45,307 nt of DNA from positions 1 through 45,307 of IMG/VR virus record IMGVR_UViG_3300023213_000009; one strand, given 5' to 3'. The notes under the pieces were generated by a model. It was given only the letters and a program-made list of their open reading frames with translations. It was not told the DNA's origin and ran no database searches. This document shows positions 44,922-45,307 of the stretch, piece after piece; the stretch's first letter is position 1, and the number at the start of each line of letters is the position of its first letter. The translations under genes were made by a program, and so were the position numbers. Source of the DNA: a virus. Lineage: Duplodnaviria > Caudoviricetes.

Positions 44922-45307
44922 CTGAACTTAAAGAAATTAACTTTGGATTCAACAAGTACTGTGGTCCAGCCGTCCTGAGTGCATTAACAGGAGAGTCAAC
45001 AGATAGATGTGCAGCCGTCATTAGTGCTATCACAGGACAAAAAGAAATTAAAGCTGTTGATATTCTTTACATAATGAGTGCATTTGGAAAATTAGGATTT
45101 CAATACGAAGCTCTTTCACTATTTAGTGGTGGAACACTATATAAAACATTAACTAACTTAGTAAACATAGATGGTTTCTATATTATTTCAGTACCACATC
45201 ATGTTGTGGCTATTGAAGTTAAAGATAAAAATATTTATTTTGTAGATAATCACACCAAAACTCCTATATCTGCTAATTCATCCGCTAGATTGATGCAAAA
45301 AGTATTA
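44918..45307 (+). CDS. C39-like (papain-fold) cysteine peptidase, 5' part; continues across the junction to 340 (200 aa total)
   Basis: Hand translation gives MTELKEINFGFNKYCGPAVLSALTG...FYIISVPHHVVAIEVKDKNIYFVDNH. This has Cys in CGPA, His in HHVVAI and Asp in YFVD, in C39-like order and spacing. The ATG overlaps the upstream stop (ATGA). Confidence 0.7.
   Translation, partial: MTELKEINFGFNKYCGPAVLSALTGESTDRCAAVISAITGQKEIKAVDILYIMSAFGKLGFQYEALSLFSGGTLYKTLTNLVNIDGFYIISVPHHVVAIEVKDKNIYFVDNHTKTPISANSSARLMQKVL
45181..45307 (+). repeat. Terminal direct repeat, right copy
   Basis: Repeats 1..127 with one mismatch. Confidence 0.95.

Larger units (their letters stand above)
1..45307. mobile_element. 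Complete circularised dsDNA bacteriophage genome, P22-like podovirus organisation, no integrase seen
   Basis: Terminase, portal, capsid, tail and ejection genes form one - strand operon, with a replication module on the + strand. The 127-nt end overlap closes the circle and an ORF reads through it. Confidence 0.95.

Overview
This window is an apparently complete, circularised ~45.18-kb dsDNA phage genome. Its last 127 nt repeat its first 127 nt with one mismatch, it is AT-rich, and it has a P22-like podovirus gene layout. The + strand arm (38.9 kb, across the junction, to 12.1 kb) carries many small Cys-rich early genes and a HiPIP-like protein. It also carries a SNF2 helicase, a junction-spanning C39-like cysteine peptidase, a KGG stress protein, a Cas4-like exonuclease, a Sak4-like ATPase, an SSB, a UDG-fused family A DNA polymerase, a DUF3987-like P-loop protein, a glycoside-hydrolase-like protein and an Acb2/Tad1-like protein. 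The - strand arm (37.07 to 12.08 kb) is the morphogenesis operon: terminases, portal, scaffold, capsid, adaptor, nozzle, fibre, virion lysozyme and ejection proteins. A deoxyhypusine-synthase-like gene sits among the ejection genes. A GC-richer control region at 37.1-38.85 kb holds four sigma70-type promoters and an origin-like element. I found no integrase, RNA polymerase, tRNA or CRISPR array. The most unusual signals are genome-wide over-representation of the pentamer AGCCG/CGGCT, the position of the DHS-like gene, an identical 18-nt junction joining consecutive early genes, and several multi-stem intergenic RNA elements. All product calls come from reading motifs by eye, not from database searches.
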